Assembly (NCBI GenBank): GCA_965233585.1
Contig: CBDDTI010000215.1
Location: 1 to 16,881 of the forward strand
Length of the DNA stretch: 16,881 nucleotides
DNA from: a bacterium
Lineage (GTDB): Bacteria; SAR324; NAC60-12
Direction: 5' to 3'
In this document: one piece after another, positions 11,471 to 16,881 of the stretch
Position numbering within the stretch: the stretch's first letter is position 1
Layout of the letters: every line of letters starts with the position of its first letter
The notes under the pieces: generated by a model
What the model saw: only the letters and a program-made list of their open reading frames with translations
Told to the model about the DNA's origin: nothing
The model's database searches: none
Position numbers and translations under genes: made by a program

Positions 11471-11689
11471 TGTAGCATAGCTGATGGGCAGAAATAGGAC
11501 CAAGAGCCTTATGTAGTCTGCCCTTTACTACCAAGGCAGTTGCAAAGCACCCCTTTATCAAAGCCCCAGCTCACCACACGACACATGTGGGAGCTGTTGG
11601 CTGTGCGCAAGGCGCTTGACAGACTGTGGGTTCATGTTTGAGTGTCACTTCCTTTTATTGTATGTTAACTCCTTTCAGTTAGTTACTAA

Positions 11690-11872
11690 AGAAAAAAAAC
11701 TTTTCAAGCCGTATTTGAAAAAGTAAACTTGGCTGGTGTACAATAGAGATGATAACTTATGTATTGTAAAATCTGTAGAAAAGTTAATGGATTGAGCAAG
11801 GAGTCTCAGGGCAGAAATATTCAAAATACTGCACTTGGTTGACATGCTGGTATTCAAGAACACCAAATGGCC
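11690..11872 (+). pseudogene. Relic of a TTF/ZNF862-like CxxC...H...H zinc finger inside the TIR element
   Basis: With one frameshift near 11758 it reads WLVYNRDDN-MYCKICRKVNGLSKESQGRNIQNTALG*HAGIQEHQMA. There is an in-frame TGA at 11840. Confidence 0.45.
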
Positions 11873-12560
11873 AACTTGTGTCTACATGATTAAACATAAC
11901 ACAAACAGTGGTGATATATTTTTAATCAAGATACGATGGACGAAAACCGAAGAGTTGATATGATATTGTGTCTACATGTTATTTTTCCCCAAGGGTACGG
12001 GACACATGCACAAAGATCTGGGAGTTGTCTGGCTATATTACTCCCAGGACTCACTACATCAATTTTCTAGATGGATCACTGCTTTACATGCCTTGAGGCC
12101 TAATGTGAAAAGTAAAAGGTCGAGATAGAGTTTACAGTCATGACTTAAAGTTGCAAGGGTAATGGCAAACAATATTATTGTTACATAATTTTGTATTATT
12201 GTTAAAAATAAATCTAAAATGTAAATAACACCACAATTTCATCGATCACAAATGTGATTTTTTCTGATTATTGAGCCAAAAATGCCATGTCTTATAGGGG
12301 GTGTGTCATGTGATTTTCAGCCTTCATTTAGGGGTGGGTCACTCCGTTTTGCTCCAATTGGAAGGGGTGGGTCATGTGTTTTCTAACCACCACATTTCGA
12401 AATGCTCCGGCCCACCCCCCCCCCCCTCCCTGTACTTTTTGACCTGTCCCTAAATACTATAAATAAATACTTGGTTACTTGGTCGCACAAATTCACACGA
12501 CGCACGTTCATTCAGTTTTACTTTGTGTCTGTTTAAATATATTCTCTGTTTCTACTCATA

Positions 12561-13036
12561 ACATGATGAGAAATTTGCCGCTTGTTTTCTCACAGGACCA
12601 AGATTTGGTTAAGGCCTCTGACTTCCTGAAGATACATACTTGCGAACCCGTACTTGCTCCGTAGGTCTTTCCGCTCTTAACATTCCTCGTAGCGTTTTTG
12701 AAGTGGATAACCACTCATTGAAGCTCAAATATTAGATGACTGTGACGTCAAAGAGACGCAGCGGACAAATATCAAGATGATACGCCACTCGTCCAAGCAG
12801 CGGAAGTGCAGAGTGCTGCGATAGGTACGTCATGTGAACAGCTTGAAGAGTGTGCTTATTTTTATGCACTGCTATCTTCGTGGATGTTTAGCTGCTCTCG
12901 TGGCCAGAGATTTAACAAGCTCTCCTTTATACAAATCCCAGCTCTCTAAACACTGGATCCGGTGACGTACATCAGGAACTGTCATGTAGTCTTCACGCTA
13001 GAGGCAAGAGCAAACATGATAAGCTCTCCTATTAAA
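12561..13036 (+). pseudogene. Decayed genomic duplicate of the FREM2-like last exon with flanking intron and 3'UTR
   Basis: ggacaaatatcaagatgatacgcc (about 12763-12786) resembles gaacaaacatcaagatgatacgcc (about 6186-6209). Peptide pairs: FEVDNHSLKL vs SEVDSRLFKL and CDVKETQ vs RDVGDTH. Upstream acatgatgagaaatttgccgc resembles intron sequence acatgacgataaacatgtcgc (5930). Acceptor-like ttttctcacAG ends at 12595. Stops and frameshifts are present. Confidence 0.7.
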
Positions 13037-13074
13037 TACATTTGTTCGTCTCTCTGCAAAAACTACACGGCTTG

Positions 13075-13190
13075 CCACGCCCCCTGGAGAAATGCTTGCC
13101 CACCCAGCACAGGTGACCCCTACCCCCAGTATTTTTCAAGTCATCCAAGTAATTTTTTGGTACTGTTCCCACTCCCTCCAGGAGTTGAAC
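13075..13190 (-). repeat. Highly decayed SINE fragment
   Basis: cccctggagaaatgcttgcccacccagcacaggtgacccc...cccagtatt...ggtac loosely parallels 14216-14280. Confidence 0.3.
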
Positions 13191-14131
13191 GCTATTAGAA
13201 GTGCAACGTAAAAAGATAATCAAGCCTGAAGCCTGATTTCACGAAGGCCTTTTATAGATTAAGATTTCTCGAATGTATCATTGTTCGAATACAAAAGGCT
13301 ATTGTTAAGAAACTGCATCTGAATTAGCTATGGAGACCTTTGTAAATTCAGTCCCAGAATTTCTAGCGTTGACGACCCCTTGGCACTGGCTTAAGGTACA
13401 GCACCCTGTTTAATTATCAGCAGTTCCCTTTCCCAATTTCCATGTGATGTTGCCAAACATACAAATAAATTGTGAAGTACGGAATTGTAAGGATCATGGA
13501 GGTGGGTTAAAGATCATCTTACATGGTTCTGTGTTAAATGAAATTTAACTCCTGAAGTCTTTTTTGCTTTAAAGTTGATTATCTTTGCTTCCGCCACTTT
13601 TGTAGTTTTTATTTCCACTGAAATGTATTACAGCGAGTATAGCAAGCTCGCCATCGCTTTGTTTTTAAGAAAGAAACCTGTTCTATTAGGGAAACACACT
13701 GTAGCGAGTTTTGTGTAGAATGTTTGTTTCAGTTACATGAGGTACTTACCAGAGCTTTTAGTTGTACAAGTGTCGTGATGCTAGCGTTCGTTAAGAAAAA
13801 CCTTTTGTTTATCATGATGCACTCGGCGCCTTCACTGATCTGAAAACACAAACAAACAAATTGTTTGCGTGTTTGGGAAAACGCACTAACAAACAGTTGC
13901 CTAGTAACAGTCATCTCATGATTGACTTCTTCAGTCTTGTACTCAAACTGGCCCCTTCCTTCTCTGAGAGAGAGAGAGTTAGGCAAGGGTCCTCGTAACA
14001 AGATTGTTTTCTTTTACGATCATTTGCGTCTTTCTCTGAGATAGAGTTCTAAAAAGGCGAGCAAGAGTCTTCATTTGCGTTTTTATTCTTTTAGGGTCAA
14101 CCACAAAGAATTGGTTATATCTGTAAAACTG

Positions 14132-14424
14132 AAGTCTACATACAAGACAAGTGGCCCATCATGCCGGAGCTTATACCGGTTTCCTTAGAATGAAGCGACT
14201 AAGGGTATTTCTACTCCCCTCTAGACAGGATGCTAATCCATCGCAGAGACACCCCTAGCACTAAATTTGCCTGTACCCATTTATACACCTGGGTGGGGAG
14301 AGGCACTGTGAGAGTAAAGTGTCTTGCCCAAGAACACAACACAATGTCGGCCCGGGCAGGACTCGAACCCAGACCGTTCGATCTGGAGGCGAGCGCACTA
14401 ACCATGAGGCCACCGCACCTCCCC
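14132..14424 (-). mobile_element. tRNA-derived SINE with CORE-like central domain
   Basis: Minus strand: A box tggcctcatggtta (14399-14412), B box ggttcgagtcc (14359-14369), then ttgggcaagacactttactctcacagtgcctc...tgtataaatggg, which resembles the MIR/CORE domain. Total about 290 bp. Confidence 0.85.
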
Positions 14425-14426
14425 TG

Positions 14427-14700
14427 TTAGTATAATTCTACTAGCGTTCTATCCCGAATGCCGTTCGCTGATTGGCTACGCTACTTGCCATCTATCTTGT
14501 TGCAGAGAGCGAGTAGCGAAGCAGTGTGCGCTCGTTTTCAAAATGGCGGTCGATTCTTTATGCTTTCGCAGTGTCTATGAAAAGGAATTTAGATGAAGTT
14601 TTGAGAACGACTAGTAATTTTATACTAACACAGTTTGATTATTCGCTCTCGATTTTTGTACGTGATCGATATCTCGAGCTCGTAACCTAATTGTTTAATA
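14427..14700 (-). mobile_element. Hairpin-ended element, decayed relative of family B
   Basis: Subterminal inverted repeat ttagtataattctactag (14427-14444) with ctagtaattttatactaa (14611-14628). Shares gattggctacgctact and cgagtagcgaa with 7710-7760. Ends ctaattgtttaata like the family B terminus; the hairpin apex appears deleted. Confidence 0.65.
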
Positions 14701-15196
14701 GTTCATCTAAATGGTAAGGAGAATGTAAGGAGTATAGGTCACTTTTCGATTATGTACCAAAATAAGGCTTTTCGTTGAGGGATCCTGGTTTTCTGCAATC
14801 GCATCAGCCTGTAAGGGAAATTTAATAATGCAGGTCAGTGGAGGCTAACCTTCACAGTTGAAAGTTTTGTTACTCAATTTACTGGCTTATAATGAGACAG
14901 GGTCGTAAATAGGGAGCTTAACGATAACGACACCGAGAATGACGCCTAGTAAAAAACGAATTTGTATTTTACAAGCAAAATTCGCGATTGTCTAGAAGAC
15001 GACGGCGTTTAATTCCAAATGGAAATGCGGAAAATTACCCGCTGCCGTCCACCTTCCGTAGACGACGCAGAACTTGGTCAGTTAAAGTGCCACTATCACG
15101 ACTATGATCAAATTCTCGATAAACGTTGTTGTTTTGCAGAGGACGGCAAAGATATGTACAAATATTTATAACGCACGTTCACAGCCTGGAGTTCAG

Positions 15197-15435
15197 GGCC
15201 GGGTTGTTCGAAAGCTGGTTAACGTTAACCCAGGGTTAAACGTTAACAGAAGCATAAAGTTTTCTTATTTTAAAGTGTTTTTCACCTCTAATGTTTGGTG
15301 TAGTTTGAGATTACTACAACTCAAAACTGAAGGGCAAACAATATAAACATAACACCTCACCAAAAAGTTATAAAACTGAAATCAAAATTCTCGCTAACCC
15401 TGGGTTAGCTTAATCGGGCTTTGAACAACTCGGCC
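15197..15435. mobile_element. MITE with CAG target-site duplication
   Basis: CAG|ggccgggttgttcgaaag...ctttgaacaactcggcc|CAG. Confidence 0.8.
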
Positions 15436-15438
15436 CAG

Positions 15439-15584
15439 GCCCCGATTGTTCAAAGGCTGATATAACGCTCTCCACCGGATAAATTGCTATCCAGCGGATA
15501 AGTGTTAACAAAACAAACCACGCTATCCGCTGGATAGTGATTTACTCGGTGGATAGCGTCATCCAGCCTTTGAACAACCGGGGC
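15439..15584. mobile_element. MITE with internal tatcc/ggata repeats
   Basis: CAG|gccccgattgttcaaaggctg...cagcctttgaacaaccggggc|CTG. The TIR is related to that of the adjacent MITE. Confidence 0.8.
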
Positions 15585-15656
15585 CTGCTCATTAAACTTT
15601 TTGTTTTGTGACGCCGTTCTCGTTGCCGTCGTCGTCGTGGTTTGCCAAAGTTTTCA

Positions 15657-16021
15657 GGGACCTTACACATATACGACGGCGACGGCGAGGACGAAACCTA
15701 GTAAAAAATATGTTTCTATTTTACTTTGGAATTTTTCTTTTATTTGGAACTAGCCTGTGTGTCTTTCGGTATTAAAACTTGCCCCAGCTGAATATGCTAC
15801 GAATGCGTTCAGTTCTAAATAGAAATACGAAAAATTAGCCGTTGTGGTTCACGTTCTCCAAACAACGCAGAATTTGGTCATTTCACGTTGCTGTTTTGCC
15901 GAGGACGACAAAGAAATGTACAAAGAATTATAACGCACGTGCACAGCCATTGTTTTGGTCTTCAAACTTTTTGCTTGGTGGCGTTCGCGTTGCCGTCGTC
16001 GTCGTGATTTGCTAAAGTTTT
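15657..16021. mobile_element. Non-autonomous element, copy 2 (direct tandem with copy 1)
   Basis: Starts agggacc...acgacggcgacggcgag and ends gttgccgtcgtcgtcgtgatttgctaaagtttt. It lacks the nested insertions of copy 1. Confidence 0.75.
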
Positions 16022-16780
16022 TGTCGGGTGCACGTCGACCTATCCCTACTCTGTCATGTAACTTATAAAGTCAGCTTAATAAAGTCAGCCTAACAGGAAA
16101 AGAAACTGTCAGAGTAATAAAATTTAAAAAAAGAGGGTGCATGGGTACTCACACAGAAAACGTAAACTAATCAAGAGGTGCGAAGACACTGTCTCAAATA
16201 GGGTACATGATTTGATAGTTGATGTTTTCCTTTGCAGTCGATATCAGTGAACCAGGACTGTCATTAAGTTTTAATTCACCTGTAGCCTTGATCTTCACAC
16301 CGGTAGCAAACTTGTTACTTTATGGGTGAACTGTATCAACTACAGGCCAGTTCACCCATAACATCAAGGGTCCATAAAACATACTCAGCCATAACAGTTG
16401 TTACGGGTTACAGCCCTTATTGACAGCCCAGAATGAACAATTTCAAATCTTAAGTAGAGCCCCCTATTTCTGTACCTCCCCCCCCCCCCCCCCCTCGGTG
16501 CCATTAACACCGTATAAAACCCCGTCGGGGATTGTAAAATGTGTTTTCTGAACTAATGACACCTACCTCTGAACTTATCTTGTTTGCAACTTTTGGCATC
16601 ATGGATTCTAGGCCCTGTTGAAAAGAAAGATATCATCAAGAAAATCCCTGGCAATTTTTTTTCTTCAATTTAATTCTATCACGAGGAGAACTTGCTTAAG
16701 GAGCTCGTCAGCTCTCGATGTCATGGTCTTCAAATTTAGGACGTAATATTTCAAATACTTGAGACAGTATATTTGTTATA

Positions 16781-16881
16781 GAGATATCCAAACACCGAGA
16801 AGAGAGTTGAAAATACGACGCGCAGCGGAGTATTTTTAAGGAAATTCAAGGTGTTTGGATAGCTGATAAAACACTGTCTCG
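16781..16881. mobile_element. Hairpin-ended element (family C), cut off by the window end
   Basis: tatccaaacacc (16785-16796) pairs with ggtgtttggata (16850-16861) around the inner aaaatac-GA-cgc-GCA-gcg-GA-gtatttt. Confidence 0.6.

Larger units (their letters stand above)
11125..12450. mobile_element. 1.3-kb non-autonomous TIR DNA transposon (PIF/Harbinger-like by TSD)
   Basis: TIRs of about 45 bp: GGGACTAGTCAAAAAGTATAG(G)nTGGGCCGGAGCA and TGCTCCGGCCCA(C)n...TGTACTTTTTGACCTGTCCC. TAA flanks both sides (11122-11124 and 12451-12453). Subterminal GGGGTGGGTC motifs are repeated. Confidence 0.85.
14910..15656. mobile_element. Non-autonomous element, copy 1 (host of nested MITEs)
   Basis: Aligns with 15657..16021 through shared blocks cctagtaaaaaa, acgcagaa.ttggtca, gaggacg.caaaga.atgtacaaa, tataacgcacgt.cacagcc and gttgccgtcgtcgtcgtg.tttgc.aaagtttt. 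Confidence 0.75.

Noticed and set aside
11481..11495. Plus-strand CTGATGG-gca-GAAAT as a second hammerhead
   Set aside because: No stem II between the boxes and no matching stem III or cleavage triplet.
14211..14430. Two short opposite-strand ORFs
   Set aside because: They lie almost entirely within the SINE.
15104..15346. 80-aa ORF
   Set aside because: It crosses the junction between a host repeat and a nested MITE. The ORFs at 10240, 11133, 5383 and 3425 are likewise repeat-derived.

Overview
Eukaryotic (animal) genomic DNA, probably cnidarian or stony coral; this is inferred from gene and repeat types and not verified. It contains: (1) the last six coding exons of a + strand FREM2/ECM3/FRAS1-family extracellular-matrix membrane protein, join(1272..2313,2822..3006,3840..4047,4302..4498,4927..5073,5969..6475), with all GT-AG junctions phase-consistent and about 761 aa in the window; (2) a convergent, intronless melatonin-receptor-like class A GPCR (8933..9893, -) broken by two frameshifts; (3) a decayed genomic duplicate of the last FREM2-like exon (about 12561..13036); (4) many non-autonomous mobile elements (MITEs, a tRNA/CORE-type SINE, nested insertions). 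Two observations stand out. First, short hairpin-ended elements of unrelated sequence share one structural signature: a long terminal hairpin with tandem GA/GA mismatches below a C(GNA)G triloop, with a subterminal inverted repeat in the complete copies. Two such copies form a 624-bp palindrome with a loop inversion. Second, a 1.3-kb TIR element carries a degenerate type I hammerhead ribozyme and a zinc-finger relic. No rRNA, intact tRNA or CRISPR array was seen. Homology calls come from recalled family motifs; no searches were run.
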